A stretch of DNA of 64,000 nucleotides from Rhodobiaceae bacterium (GCA_038123715.1 JAYPAN010000004.1:4744-68743); one strand, 5' to 3'; shown: positions 27,225 through 37,603, counted from the first letter of the stretch. Translations and numbers: made by a program. The notes: a model not told the origin generated them from the sequence alone.

Positions 27225-27887
27225 CTAGCCCGCCACGCGCTTGGCCAAACGGTCAATCTGCACAATGCGCGCCGTCTCATCGGTTTCGCTGACATGTGTG
27301 CTGACTTCTATATCCCATATTTTCTCGGCGCGCGTCAATTCATCTTGCCAATCGCGCCCCTTGTGAAGCAGCGCAATTGTGGATGAATTGAAAAACGGCG
27401 CGAGCAGGTCGAGCAAATGCGACAAATCGGCCAAAGCGCGGGCGCTAATCGCCTGAATATCGGCCAGAAAGGGGGGGGTGTCTGCCGCCAGCGCCTCAAT
27501 CCGGCAATTATGCACACTGGCCGGCACGCCGGTTTCGCGGATAACCGCCTGCAAAAACGCTGATTTGCGGCGGTCGCTCTCTACCAAATGGACATGCGAT
27601 GTGTCAGGCGACGCATTTTCTGTGTTATCAGCCAGCATAATCGCCAGAACCAGCCCGGGAAACCCGCCGCCACTGCCCAAATCAAGCCAGATGCGCCGTT
27701 GCGCCCCGGCCAAGGCCAGCAGTTGCGCCGAATCCAGCACATGACGCTCCCAGAATTGCGCCAGCGTCGCCGGGCCAACAAGATTTATTTTCTGCTGCCA
27801 TTTGCCAAGCAGCGCCTGGTAGCTCAAAAGCCGGGTGATTGTTTCACGTGAAACATTGAACCTTTGTTCAAATTGCTGCGGACCCAT
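27225..27887 (-). CDS. rsmG: 16S rRNA (guanine527-N7)-methyltransferase RsmG
   Basis: FNVSRETI, W..KINL and DLGSGGGFPG SAM-binding motifs. Confidence 0.93.
   Translation of the reverse strand: MGPQQFEQRFNVSRETITRLLSYQALLGKWQQKINLVGPATLAQFWERHVLDSAQLLALAGAQRRIWLDLGSGGGFPGLVLAIMLADNTENASPDTSHVHLVESDRRKSAFLQAVIRETGVPASVHNCRIEALAADTPPFLADIQAISARALADLSHLLDLLAPFFNSSTIALLHKGRDWQDELTRAEKIWDIEVSTHVSETDETARIVQIDRLAKRVAG
27840..27855. promoter_or_regulatory. parS centromere site (perfect palindrome) inside rsmG
   Basis: TGTTTCACGTGAAACA matches the parS consensus TGTTNCACGTGAAACA at all fixed positions. It encodes the NVSRET motif of RsmG. Confidence 0.85.
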
Positions 27888-27895
27888 TTTGTGTC

Positions 27896-29782
27896 CTATT
27901 CTGCTGCTGCCTGCCGCCCTTTGCGGACATGATGCAGCAAAAGCGTCAGCGCAGCCGGTGTCATGCCATCCAGCCGCGCCGCCTGCCCCAGCGTGACAGG
28001 CCGCGCCGCATCAAGTTTCTGGCGCACTTCCGTGGACAGGCCGGGCAATGCCAAATAATCCATATCAACCGGCAGGCGCAACGCCTCATCGCGGCGGAAA
28101 GCAGCAATATCGGCCTCTTGCCGGTCAAGATAACCAGCATAAAGCGCTTCGGTCTCGATTTGCGCCCGCACAATCGGCGCCCAATCGGCCATTTGCGGCC
28201 AAATCGCTGCCAGTTTTTCCCAGCCAATATCGGGATAGGCCAGCAAATCAATCACATTGCGGCGCACGCCATCCGCCCGCAGCGCCAGCCCATGCGCCTG
28301 CGCCTCATTGGGTGTTAACGCAAGGCCGCGCGCCATCACGCGCGCCGCGTCCAGCGTCGCCATTTTCTCGGAAAAAGCCGCCGCGCGCGCCGCCCCGACC
28401 AGCCCGCAGGCCACCCCTTTGGCGGTCAGCCGCTGGTCAGCATTATCGGCGCGCAAAGTCAGGCGATATTCGGCGCGTGCAGTGAACATGCGATAGGGTT
28501 CGGCCACACCCTTTGTGACCAAATCATCAATCATCACGCCAATATAGGCCTCGGCGCGGTCAAACAGCACGCTGTCCTGCCCGCCCGCCTGACGCGCCGC
28601 GTTCAAACCGGCCACCAGACCCTGCCCCGCCGCTTCCTCATAGCCGGTTGTGCCATTGATTTGTCCGGCCAGAAACAGCCCCGGCAAGGCTTTCAGTTCA
28701 AGGCTGGGCAGCAGCGCGCGCGGGTCAACATAATCATATTCAATCGCATAGCCGGGGCGCATGATTGTAACATTTTCCAGCCCTTCAATGGTGCGGATAA
28801 ACGCATCTTGAATATGCGCCGGCAATGAGGTTGAAATGCCGTTTGGATAAACCGTCGGATCGTCCAGCCCTTCCGGCTCAAGGAAAATCTGATGCCGCTT
28901 GCGGTCGGGAAAGCGCGCCACCTTATCCTCAATAGAGGGGCAATAGCGCGGGCCAACCCCTTGAATCTGGCCGGAATAAACGGCTGATTGGTTGATATTG
29001 GCCTGAATAATATCAAATGTCGCCTGATTGGTATGGGTGATGTGGCAAACCGTTTGCGGCACGCTGATTTCTTCGGTCAAAAAAGAAAATGGCACAGGCT
29101 CGGCATCGGCAGGCTGCGCCTCAAGCCGGTCAGTATCAATCGTGCGCCCATCCAAGCGCGCCGGCGTGCCGGTTTTCAACCGCCCCATTGTCATGGCGCC
29201 GGTTTCTTCGGCCAGCGCATAAAGTCGCTTGGAAAGCGTGATGGCGGGCTTTTCGCCATGCCGCCCCGCCGGACGCCGTTCATCGCCAATATGGATAATG
29301 CCGTCGAGAAATGTGCCGGTTGTCAGCACCAAAGCGGCAGCGCGGAAAATATCACCATTTTCTGTTATCACACCGCAGGCGCGGCCATTTTCAACGCAAA
29401 TATCGTCGACCGCCGCCGCCAGAACAGTCAGATTGTCCGTGTCACCAATCGCTTGTTGCATGGCTTGGCGATAGAGCTTGCGGTCGGCCTGGGTGCGCGG
29501 CCCATGCACGGCAGGCCCTTTGCGGCGATTGAGCAGGCGGAATTGAATCCCCGCCGCATCAGCCACGCGCCCCATCAGCCCATCCAACGCATCAATTTCG
29601 CGCACCAAATGACCCTTGCCGACGCCGCCAATCGCGGGATTGCAAGACATTTCGCCAATTGTATCGGCGCGATGCGTTGCCAACAAGGTTTGCGCGCCAT
29701 AGCGTGCCGCCGCCGCTGCCGCTTCGCAACCGGCATGGCCACCGCCAATAACAATCACATCCCAGTGCCGTGCGTTTTGCAT
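27896..29782 (-). CDS. mnmG: tRNA uridine 5-carboxymethylaminomethyl modification enzyme MnmG
   Basis: [18 protein letters not shown] motif, about 628 aa, GidA family. Confidence 0.96.
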   Translation of the reverse strand: MQNARHWDVIVIGGGHAGCEAAAAAARYGAQTLLATHRADTIGEMSCNPAIGGVGKGHLVREIDALDGLMGRVADAAGIQFRLLNRRKGPAVHGPRTQADRKLYRQAMQQAIGDTDNLTVLAAAVDDICVENGRACGVITENGDIFRAAALVLTTGTFLDGIIHIGDERRPAGRHGEKPAITLSKRLYALAEETGAMTMGRLKTGTPARLDGRTIDTDRLEAQPADAEPVPFSFLTEEISVPQTVCHITHTNQATFDIIQANINQSAVYSGQIQGVGPRYCPSIEDKVARFPDRKRHQIFLEPEGLDDPTVYPNGISTSLPAHIQDAFIRTIEGLENVTIMRPGYAIEYDYVDPRALLPSLELKALPGLFLAGQINGTTGYEEAAGQGLVAGLNAARQAGGQDSVLFDRAEAYIGVMIDDLVTKGVAEPYRMFTARAEYRLTLRADNADQRLTAKGVACGLVGAARAAAFSEKMATLDAARVMARGLALTPNEAQAHGLALRADGVRRNVIDLLAYPDIGWEKLAAIWPQMADWAPIVRAQIETEALYAGYLDRQEADIAAFRRDEALRLPVDMDYLALPGLSTEVRQKLDAARPVTLGQAARLDGMTPAALTLLLHHVRKGRQAAAE

Positions 29783-29903
29783 AGTGCCGCCCAAATTAAT
29801 GCTCCAATTTTCGACCTGCCTCGTGCCAGTCGAATAAGTTTCGAGCCTGTTCGGCTATCTAAGCCGCCCCATCATAAAACTCAAGAAAAACATCGCGCCC
29901 AAA

Positions 29904-29919
29904 TGTTTCACGTGAAACA
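29904..29919. promoter_or_regulatory. parS centromere site (perfect palindrome), mnmG-mnmE intergenic
   Basis: A second exact TGTTTCACGTGAAACA. The palindrome extends to 18 bp (ATGTTTCACGTGAAACAT). Confidence 0.85.
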
Positions 29920-29936
29920 TTGGCGTAATTTGCCCC

Positions 29937-31298
29937 CTATTTGCCGATACAAAAATCGGCAAACACAATATCAAGCAAGGCCTCGACATCCACCGCGCCG
30001 GTAATCCGACCAAGGCTCCGCATGGCCAGCCGCAAATCCTCGGCGGCCAGCTCCAGCCCGACACCGGACTCCGCCGCCGCCAAGGCACGGTCAATCTGTG
30101 CCAGCGCCTCCGCTAAGGCACTGTAATGGCGCTGGCGGGTCAAGACCGGCGCTTCCTGCGCGCCATAAAGCGCGGCGACATCTTTCTGCAATGCGGCCAG
30201 CAAAGCGTCAACACCGTCGCCCGTGGTCGCCGATATAGCAAAATCTGCCGCACCCATCGCCGCTTCCAGCGCCTGCGCTGACCCGTCCGTAAGGTCAGTT
30301 TTATTCATCACCAAATAGCGCCTGCCTTCTGAAATGGGTGGAGAATCTGCCGGTGGCGCGCCGCTCTCGATATCAGGCGCGTGCAACCAGACCTGAATAT
30401 CGGCCAGCTCGGCCTGTTGCAGCGCGCGGCGCACGCCCTCCCGTTCAATATCATCGCGCGCATCGCGCAATCCGGCCGTGTCCACCAGCGTCACCGGCAC
30501 ACCGGCCATCACCATCGCGACTTCCACCACATCGCGCGTCGTGCCGGCGCGCGCCGATACAATCGCCGCCTCCCTTCCCGCTAAGTTATTGAGAAGGCTG
30601 GACTTTCCAGCGTTGGGCGCGCCCAAAAGCGCAATCCGCAGACCCTCGCGCAAGCGTAGCCCGCGCTTTTCATTCAATTGCGCCTGCATGGCGTCGCGCA
30701 AGTCAGGCAGGCTGGCCAGCGCGGCACGACCCAAGCCGCCGGGCAGTTCCTCATCGGCGAATTCCAAATCCGCTTCAAGATGCGCCAATGCGGTTTTCAG
30801 CCCGTCGCGCCAAGTTTCCAACATATCGCGCAAACCGCCACCAAGCTGCCCCAATGCCTGCAGCGCCTGCGCCCGACCCTCGGCATCAACCAAATCGGCA
30901 ATCGCCTCTGCCGCCGTCAAATCCAGCTTGCCATTCATCACCGCGCGACGGGTGAAATCACCTCCGGCGGCGGCGGCACAATCGGGCATATCGGCCAAGG
31001 CGGCCAGCACCGCCTCCACCGTCGCCGCCCCGCCATGCAAATGCACCTCAACCATATCCTCACCGGTAAAACTGTGCGGCGCAACAAAGCGCAAAATCAG
31101 CGCCTCATCCATTAGCCGCCCCTGCCCATCGCGCAAACGTCGCAAGGACGCGATGCGCGGCGGCGGCAATGTCTCAAGCCCCATAGCGCGCAACACGCTG
31201 TCGCAAGCCGCGCCACTGAGACGCACAACCGCCAGCGCCGCCCGCCCCGGCGGGGTGGACAGGGCAAAAATCGTCTGCTCCTTATAGGTGCTGCTCAT
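29937..31298 (-). CDS. mnmE: tRNA modification GTPase MnmE
   Basis: TIFALSTPPGRAALAVVRLSG, G-domain GAPNAGKSSL/DTAGLR/NKTD, and the C-terminal FCIGK motif. Confidence 0.95.
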   Translation of the reverse strand: MSSTYKEQTIFALSTPPGRAALAVVRLSGAACDSVLRAMGLETLPPPRIASLRRLRDGQGRLMDEALILRFVAPHSFTGEDMVEVHLHGGAATVEAVLAALADMPDCAAAAGGDFTRRAVMNGKLDLTAAEAIADLVDAEGRAQALQALGQLGGGLRDMLETWRDGLKTALAHLEADLEFADEELPGGLGRAALASLPDLRDAMQAQLNEKRGLRLREGLRIALLGAPNAGKSSLLNNLAGREAAIVSARAGTTRDVVEVAMVMAGVPVTLVDTAGLRDARDDIEREGVRRALQQAELADIQVWLHAPDIESGAPPADSPPISEGRRYLVMNKTDLTDGSAQALEAAMGAADFAISATTGDGVDALLAALQKDVAALYGAQEAPVLTRQRHYSALAEALAQIDRALAAAESGVGLELAAEDLRLAMRSLGRITGAVDVEALLDIVFADFCIGK

Positions 31299-31309
31299 GA
31301 CTTCACGCC

Positions 31310-31357
31310 TCACATTACGCATCACATGACACTTCATATGACACTTCACATGACACT
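31310..31357. repeat. tandem 12-bp repeat, 4 copies (TCACATGACACT type)
   Basis: TCACATTACGCA / TCACATGACACT / TCATATGACACT / TCACATGACACT. It lies 12-59 nt upstream of the mnmE ATG, in the divergent gap to 31415. Confidence 0.8.
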
Positions 31358-31414
31358 TGGCCTGCCGCATATTCATTGCTGGCCTTGCGCCGATAAGCCG
31401 CTAAACTGCCTTTT

Positions 31415-33505
31415 ATGACAACTGATTTCAATCAAAACCGCCTCGCCACCGCCACCAGCCCCTATCTGCTGCAACATAAGGATAATCCGGTGCATTGGCA
31501 GCCTTGGGAGGCGGCCGTGTTTGACGAGGCGCGCCGCCGCGATGTGCCAATCCTGCTGTCGGTCGGCTATGCGGCCTGTCATTGGTGTCATGTCATGGCG
31601 CATGAAAGTTTCGAAGATGACGAGGTAGCCGCCGTCATGAACGCGCATTATGTCTGCGTCAAGCTTGACCGCGAGGAACGCCCCGATATTGACGAGATTT
31701 ATATGACCGCCCTGTCCATGCTGGGCGAGCAAACCGGTTGGCCGTTGACGATTTTCATGACACCGGACGGCAAACCGTTTTGGGGCGGCACTTATTTTCC
31801 CAAAATGCCGCAATATGGCCGACCCGGCTTTATTCAGGTTTTGCAGGAATTATCGCGGGTCTGGCACGACGACCGAAGCCGCATTGCCAATAATGCCCGC
31901 GCCCTGACCGAGGCGCTGACCGCCCGCGCCCGTGCCGACGCCAAAGGCAGCTTGCACAGTGACTTACCGCCCCGCGCGGCGCGCTCCATTGCCGCCCATA
32001 TGGACAGGCAGCGCGGCGGCATGAATGGCGCGCCAAAGTTTCCACAGCCGTTTTTCTACCGGTTTTTGCGCCATCAGGCACAACGCGACCATGACACTTC
32101 CCTGCAAGAAGCCGTGCGCCTCACCGCCCGACAAATCTGTCTCGGCGGCATGAATGACCATGTTGGTGGCGGCTTTGCCCGCTATTCGGTCGATGCCGAT
32201 TGGCTGGTGCCGCATTTTGAAAAAATGCTCTATGACAATGCGCTGCTGATTGGCCTGCTGGTTGATATGGTGAAAGACGCCCACGCCGAAAGCGGTGCAA
32301 ACAGCGCAGATGCGGCATTATTCAGCCACCATTTAACCGCCACGATTGACTGGCTGACGCGCGATATGAGGCTTGAAAATGGCAGTTTCGCCGCCAGCCT
32401 TGACGCCGATACAGAAGGCGAAGAAGGTCTGTTTTATGTCTGGCAAAAACCGGAAGTCGAGGCCTTGCTGGGGGCGGAAGCAGCCAATTTCTGCGACGCT
32501 TATGACATTACCGAAGCCGGCAATTTTGAAGGCCGCAACATTCCCAACCGCCTCAAAATACCGGAAATCCAGCCAGATGAAAATGCGCTTAAAGCCAATC
32601 TGGCCGTCTTGCGCGCCGCCCGTGACAACCGCACCCGCCCCGGCCGCGACGATAAATGTTTGGCTGACTGGAACGCCATGATGATTGTCGCCCTGAGCGA
32701 AGCGGCGCTGTGTTTCCGCAATCTCGAATGGCTGGCTTTGGCCGAACGCGCCTTTGCCGCCTGCCTGGACAGTTTGGCGACAAAAGATGGCCGCCTGATG
32801 CACAGCGCCCGCAATGGCAATTGCCTCGACATATCGCTGGCTGATGATTACGCACATATGGCGCTGGCCGCCTGCGCCCTGTTTCAGACCACTGGCGACA
32901 GCGCCTATCTCGCCTATGCGAAAAACTGGGTGGCGCGGCTGAACGCTGATTATCTCGACCCGGAACGCGGCGGCTATTGCGCTTGCGCCGCCGGGCAGGC
33001 AGATGTTCTGGTGCGAAACCGGCCAAGCACGGATAATGCGACCATATCGGCCAATGCGGCGACGCTGGAGGCCTTGGCGCGGCTCTGGCACTTGACAGGC
33101 GACGCTGATTATCACACCGCCGCCACGGCCCTGCGAGAGGCGCTGGGCGGCCTTTTGCCAAGCAATTATGTGTCCATGACCGGTTTTCTCAATGCCGCCC
33201 TGTTGCATGATTATGGCGTATTGCTGGTTCTGGTCGCGCCTGACACTGCTGCCCCGCCCCTGTCCGACACGGCGATGGCGCCTTTGTTGGATATTGCCGG
33301 CACGCACCGTCTGGCCGGTCTTGTTACGCTGGTCACACCGGATACGGCCGCGCTGTCACCAACCCATCCGGCATTCGGCAAAACCGCCATTGACGGCAGG
33401 CCAACCGCCTATATTTGCGCCAATCAAAGCTGCCAGCCACCAATCACCGACCCTTCCGATTTGCGCGCGGCACTTGACGCCCTCATATCGGGCGGTCACA
33501 ATTAG
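31415..33505 (+). CDS. thioredoxin-domain protein (YyaL/DUF255 family with six-hairpin glycosidase-like C-domain)
   Basis: SPYLLQHKDNPVHWQPW and GYAACHWCHVMAHESF motifs over about 696 aa. Confidence 0.85.
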   Translation: MTTDFNQNRLATATSPYLLQHKDNPVHWQPWEAAVFDEARRRDVPILLSVGYAACHWCHVMAHESFEDDEVAAVMNAHYVCVKLDREERPDIDEIYMTALSMLGEQTGWPLTIFMTPDGKPFWGGTYFPKMPQYGRPGFIQVLQELSRVWHDDRSRIANNARALTEALTARARADAKGSLHSDLPPRAARSIAAHMDRQRGGMNGAPKFPQPFFYRFLRHQAQRDHDTSLQEAVRLTARQICLGGMNDHVGGGFARYSVDADWLVPHFEKMLYDNALLIGLLVDMVKDAHAESGANSADAALFSHHLTATIDWLTRDMRLENGSFAASLDADTEGEEGLFYVWQKPEVEALLGAEAANFCDAYDITEAGNFEGRNIPNRLKIPEIQPDENALKANLAVLRAARDNRTRPGRDDKCLADWNAMMIVALSEAALCFRNLEWLALAERAFAACLDSLATKDGRLMHSARNGNCLDISLADDYAHMALAACALFQTTGDSAYLAYAKNWVARLNADYLDPERGGYCACAAGQADVLVRNRPSTDNATISANAATLEALARLWHLTGDADYHTAATALREALGGLLPSNYVSMTGFLNAALLHDYGVLLVLVAPDTAAPPLSDTAMAPLLDIAGTHRLAGLVTLVTPDTAALSPTHPAFGKTAIDGRPTAYICANQSCQPPITDPSDLRAALDALISGGHN

Positions 33506-33532
33506 CCGAGTTTGATGATTGGGGGGGGAGAG

Positions 33533-34249
33533 ATGACACAATCAGAAGCGATACAATCCGAAACCATTTCCATTGCCGCCGAAGGGGGGCATTTTGACGC
33601 TTATTTAGCGCGCCCGTCAGCCCCGCGCGGCGGCGCGGTCATTGTGATACAGGAAATTTTCGGCGTGAACGAAAATATCAAGCAAGTCGCCAATTGGCTG
33701 GCCAGACAGGGCTATCTGGCCGTCGCGCCCGACCTGTTCTGGCGCATTGAACCCAATGTCGCGCTGACCGACCAGTCTGAGGAAGAATGGCAAAAAGCCT
33801 TTGCGCTGATGAACGCTTTTGACGGCGATCAGGGCGTCAAGGATATTCAAGCGGCGATTGACCATGCCCGCACGCTTGACGGGGGCAATGGCAAAGTCGG
33901 CACGCTCGGCTTTTGTCTGGGCGGGCGCATGGCTTATTTGGCAGCCACGCGCAGCTCGGCAGATGCCAGCATTGGCTATTATGGCGTCGGAATACAAGAT
34001 ATTCTCGACGAGGCGGCCAATATCACCAAACCGCTTATCCTGCATATTGCCTGTGAAGATGATTTCGTGCCAGCCGAGGCGCAAGCGGCCTTACATGCCG
34101 GGCTTGATGACAATCCGCAGGTCACTTTGTTTGACTATGCCGGCCAAGACCATGCTTTCACCCGTGAGGGCGGCATGCATTACAACGCCGAGGCGACAGC
34201 GCTGGCGCATCAGCGCAGCCTTGATTTGCTGGCGACCGCTTTATCTTAA
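33533..34249 (+). CDS. dienelactone hydrolase family protein
   Basis: VIQEIFGVN, GFCLGG nucleophile elbow and a late HAF motif. GGGGGAGAG RBS precedes the ATG. Confidence 0.8.
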   Translation: MTQSEAIQSETISIAAEGGHFDAYLARPSAPRGGAVIVIQEIFGVNENIKQVANWLARQGYLAVAPDLFWRIEPNVALTDQSEEEWQKAFALMNAFDGDQGVKDIQAAIDHARTLDGGNGKVGTLGFCLGGRMAYLAATRSSADASIGYYGVGIQDILDEAANITKPLILHIACEDDFVPAEAQAALHAGLDDNPQVTLFDYAGQDHAFTREGGMHYNAEATALAHQRSLDLLATALS

Positions 34250-34279
34250 AGCTTAATAGCTTAATGGCTTTAAAGCGGG

Positions 34280-35545
34280 TCAGGTATTCATCGAGTCGAA
34301 AAACTCGTCATTGTTTTTCGTCGCTTTGAGCTTGTCGAGCAGGAACTCAATCGCATCGACCGACCCCATCGGGTTCAAAATCCGGCGCAACACATAGATT
34401 TTCGACAGGGTTTCCTTGTCGGTCAGCAATTCTTCCTTGCGCGTGCCGGATTTCATAATGTCAATGGCCGGGAAAACGCGCTTGTCAGCAACTTTCCGGT
34501 CAAGCACCACTTCGGAATTGCCGGTGCCTTTGAATTCCTCAAAAATCACTTCATCCATGCGCGAGCCGGTCTCGATAAGCGCGGTGGAAATAATGGTCAG
34601 CGAGCCGCCTTCCTCAATGTTACGCGCCGCGCCGAAAAACCGCTTCGGGCGTTGCAGCGCATTGGCATCCACACCACCGGTCAGCACTTTGCCGGAGCTT
34701 GGCACAACAGTGTTATAGGCACGACCCAGCCTTGTGATACTGTCGAGCAAAATCACCACATCGCGGCCATGCTCAACCAATCTTTTAGCTTTTTCGATAA
34801 CCATTTCAGCAACTTGCACATGGCGCGTCGCCGGTTCGTCAAAGGTTGACGAGACCACTTCACCGCGCACCGAGCGTTGCATATCGGTCACTTCTTCGGG
34901 GCGCTCATCAATCAGCAGCACAATCAGATAACATTCAGGGTGATTATTGGCGATGGATTTGGCGATATTTTGCAAGAGAACCGTTTTACCGGTGCGGGGC
35001 GGCGCGACAATCAGCGCGCGCTGACCCTTACCAAAGGGCGCCACAATATCAATCACCCGCGACGACAAATCCTTGACCGTCGGGTCGGCATTCTCCATTG
35101 ACAATGAACTGTCAGGGTAAAGCGGGGTCAGATTGTCAAAATGAACTTTCTGGCGTGCCTTGTCAGGGTCTTCAAAGTTAATTTTATTGACTTTCAGCAA
35201 GGCGAAATAACGCTCGCCATCCTTCGGGCTGCGAATTTCGCCCTCCACCGTATCGCCGGAGCGCAAGGCAAAGCGTCGAATTTGCGACGGGCTGACATAA
35301 ATATCATCCGGCCCCGGCAGATAATTGGCATCCGGCGAGCGCAAAAACCCGAACCCGTCCTGCAATACTTCGACAACACCCTCGCCGATAATATTGACAT
35401 TATCCTCGGCCAGTTTTTTCAAAATTGAAAACAACATATCCTGTTTCAGCATGGCCGAGGCGTTTTCAATCTCATGCTCTTCGGCAAAGGCCAAAAGCTC
35501 GGTCGGAGATTTCGACTTTAATTCTTCAAGTTTTATTTGATCCAT
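34280..35545 (-). CDS. rho: transcription termination factor Rho
   Basis: Full-length Rho (421 aa) with GFGFLR and APPRTGKT (Walker A) motifs. Confidence 0.98.
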   Translation of the reverse strand: MDQIKLEELKSKSPTELLAFAEEHEIENASAMLKQDMLFSILKKLAEDNVNIIGEGVVEVLQDGFGFLRSPDANYLPGPDDIYVSPSQIRRFALRSGDTVEGEIRSPKDGERYFALLKVNKINFEDPDKARQKVHFDNLTPLYPDSSLSMENADPTVKDLSSRVIDIVAPFGKGQRALIVAPPRTGKTVLLQNIAKSIANNHPECYLIVLLIDERPEEVTDMQRSVRGEVVSSTFDEPATRHVQVAEMVIEKAKRLVEHGRDVVILLDSITRLGRAYNTVVPSSGKVLTGGVDANALQRPKRFFGAARNIEEGGSLTIISTALIETGSRMDEVIFEEFKGTGNSEVVLDRKVADKRVFPAIDIMKSGTRKEELLTDKETLSKIYVLRRILNPMGSVDAIEFLLDKLKATKNNDEFFDSMNT

Positions 35546-35634
35546 AATGACCTGCTACATGAAAACAGCCAGTGCGTGAGTATTGTCAACACATACAAAC
35601 GGACAAAGGCACGGGCTTTGTGGAGAAGGATTTC

Positions 35635-35663
35635 ATTATAGCCCGACTTGTCGCGCTTCACAA
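35635..35663 (-). promoter_or_regulatory. candidate sigma-70 promoter of rho
   Basis: On the minus strand, TTGTGA-N17-TATAAT lies about 90 nt upstream of the rho ATG, leaving a leader of about 80 nt. Confidence 0.35.
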
Positions 35664-35692
35664 GCACGCTTTCATACCTTAAGAAACCGGCG

Positions 35693-36142
35693 TCAAAACG
35701 GCCGGACAATCACCATGATGACGATAATCACCGTCAAAACCGGCGGTATCTCATTGATAAGGCGGAAAAACCGGCTGCTGCGCGGCGGCACACCGGAAAC
35801 AAACTTCTTACGCATGGCAGCCAAAAAGCCGTGATAGGCTGACATAAATATCACAGCCCCCAGCTTGATATGCATCCAAATACCGGCATTGGCCCAAAAG
35901 CCGTCGCGCACCAACAGCAAAATGCCGAAAAGCCATGCCGCCATCATGGCCGGGTTCATGATGATACGCAGCAATTTCGCTTCCATTGTCTCAAATACTT
36001 CATGCGGCTGGCCGGTTTCCATCGCCTCAGCATGATAAACAAACAAGCGCGGCAGATAATACATGCCAGCCATCCAGAACATGACGGCAATCAGATGAAA
36101 CGCCAATATCCACGGATAAAACTGAACCAGAAAATCACTCAT
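35693..36142 (-). CDS. hemJ: protoporphyrinogen IX oxidase HemJ
   Basis: AFHLIAVMFWMAGMYYLPRLFVYH is the HemJ/UPF0093 signature. Four TM helices; adjacent to hemE. Confidence 0.85.
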   Translation of the reverse strand: MSDFLVQFYPWILAFHLIAVMFWMAGMYYLPRLFVYHAEAMETGQPHEVFETMEAKLLRIIMNPAMMAAWLFGILLLVRDGFWANAGIWMHIKLGAVIFMSAYHGFLAAMRKKFVSGVPPRSSRFFRLINEIPPVLTVIIVIMVIVRPF

Positions 36143-36158
36143 GACGCGCCCTTTTGCC

Positions 36159-37190
36159 CTAAACCGCGCGCACAGCGGCAATCAATTCGCCAATATGTGC
36201 GGGCGGGGTTTGAGGCACAATGCCATGCCCAAGATTGAAAATAAACGGACGACCGGCAAAATCAGCCTTTATGGCAGCGATTTCCTTTAGCATTGCCGCC
36301 CCGCCAGCGACCAGTATTTGCGGGTCAAGATTGCCCTGCACCACCAATTCCGGTGGCAATGTGTCAGCCAGCTTGCGCCGGTCGCAGTCCGCGCCGAGGC
36401 TCAACCCGTCGCAACCGGTTTCATTGGCATATGCCGTCAAATCATAGCTGGTGGCGCGCGGGAAAGCGATAATTGGCACATTGGGCGCATAGGCTTTCAG
36501 ACCGGCGATAATGCGCGCCACTGGCGCGACACACCAACGCTCAAAATCCGCGCCATGCAGCGATGACGCCCAGCTTTCAAAAAGCTGTATCACTTCCGCA
36601 CCGGCATCAATTTGCGCGGCCAGATAATCAATACTTGCCACAACCAGCATGTCGATAATCTCTTGAAACGCTTGCCGGTCTTGCTCAGCCAAAGCGCGCG
36701 CCGACGCTTGGTCGGGCGTGCCGCGCCCGGCCACCATATAGCTGGCGACCGTCCAAGGCGCGCCGGCAAAGCCTATTCGCGTAACTTCCGGTGGCAGGCT
36801 AACCGACAAGCGTTTCAGCGTCTCGAAAACCGGCGCCAAATGGTTAGCCAGCCCGTCCAGTGTTAGGCTGTCCGCATTGACAATCGGTGTCAGACGGGGC
36901 CCTTCGCCGGTTTCAAACCAGAGTTTTTGCCCCATTGCCTGCGGCAGGAGCAAAATATCAGCAAATAAAATCGCCGCATCAAAGCCATAGCGCCGAATGG
37001 GTTGCAGCGTCACTTCCTCGGCCAATTCCGGCGTATAACATAAATCAAGAAACCCGCCTGCCTGTTCGCGGGTTTTACGATATTCCGGCAGATAGCGCCC
37101 GGCCTGCCGCATCAACCAAACCGGCGGCACACTCTGGGCTTGGCGCGATTCAAACAGGGTTAAAAGTTTTTTGTCTGTTGCTTTTGTCAT
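36159..37190 (-). CDS. hemE: uroporphyrinogen decarboxylase
   Basis: PVWLMRQAGRYLPEY motif and 343 aa. Confidence 0.96.
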   Translation of the reverse strand: MTKATDKKLLTLFESRQAQSVPPVWLMRQAGRYLPEYRKTREQAGGFLDLCYTPELAEEVTLQPIRRYGFDAAILFADILLLPQAMGQKLWFETGEGPRLTPIVNADSLTLDGLANHLAPVFETLKRLSVSLPPEVTRIGFAGAPWTVASYMVAGRGTPDQASARALAEQDRQAFQEIIDMLVVASIDYLAAQIDAGAEVIQLFESWASSLHGADFERWCVAPVARIIAGLKAYAPNVPIIAFPRATSYDLTAYANETGCDGLSLGADCDRRKLADTLPPELVVQGNLDPQILVAGGAAMLKEIAAIKADFAGRPFIFNLGHGIVPQTPPAHIGELIAAVRAV

Positions 37191-37214
37191 ATGCCGGTCA
37201 TTTGGTTTGCAGGA

Positions 37215-37223
37215 TTATCCTCA
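37215..37223 (+). promoter_or_regulatory. DnaA-box-like 9-mer TTATCCTCA
   Basis: One mismatch to TTATCCACA. Confidence 0.5.
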
Positions 37224-37233
37224 CTGACATCGT

Positions 37234-37275
37234 TCTATTTATTAATAATATAAAAAGATAGTAGTTGTTATTGTG
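37234..37275. other. AT-rich tract, candidate DNA unwinding element
   Basis: TCTATTTATTAATAATATAAAAAGATAGTAGTTGTTATTGTG lies between DnaA-box-like sites. Confidence 0.45.
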
Positions 37276-37287
37276 TCGCGCTTTGGC

Positions 37288-37296
37288 TGGGGATTA
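37288..37296 (-). promoter_or_regulatory. DnaA-box-like 9-mer TAATCCCCA
   Basis: Resembles the Caulobacter G-box TGATCCCCA. It is part of GGCTGGGGATTAT, which recurs inverted at 37621-37633. Confidence 0.5.
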
Positions 37297-37312
37297 TTTG
37301 TTTTGCCCCAAA

Positions 37313-37321
37313 TCATCCCCA
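37313..37321 (+). promoter_or_regulatory. DnaA-box-like 9-mer TCATCCCCA
   Basis: One mismatch to TGATCCCCA. Confidence 0.5.
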
Positions 37322-37491
37322 AAACAGAATAATAGTTTGGTAATGCCAGCGCCGCCAACTTATGCCCAAAGTTTCAACATGGTGGAAAAACGGGCGCATG
37401 TTGCACTATTTCCCTATCTTTTGTTGGTAGCATTGCGCCTGTGCAAAATGTTAATATTGGGAATAAATCGCACGCGTCATATCGTTCCGTC

Positions 37492-37509
37492 TTATCCCCT
37501 ATTTCCACA
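37492..37509 (+). promoter_or_regulatory. adjacent DnaA-box-like pair TTATCCCCT + ATTTCCACA
   Basis: Two head-to-tail 9-mers, each 1-2 mismatches from TTATCCACA. Confidence 0.45.
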
Positions 37510-37603
37510 GACCGGTGTTTCAGGGTTAATAAATCGCGCAAAACCGGCAGAGTAAAATTGTATGCTTGTGCATGAATTTTCTTCCGCCACGGCAAAAGCT
37601 GAC

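Noticed and set aside
37265-37595. ORFs of 96 aa (+, 37265-37555) and 73 aa (-, 37374-37595) inside the hemE/DUF299 gap.
   Set aside because: No RBS, odd composition, and they overlap the DnaA-box cluster and the AT-rich tract. The region is better explained as oriC.
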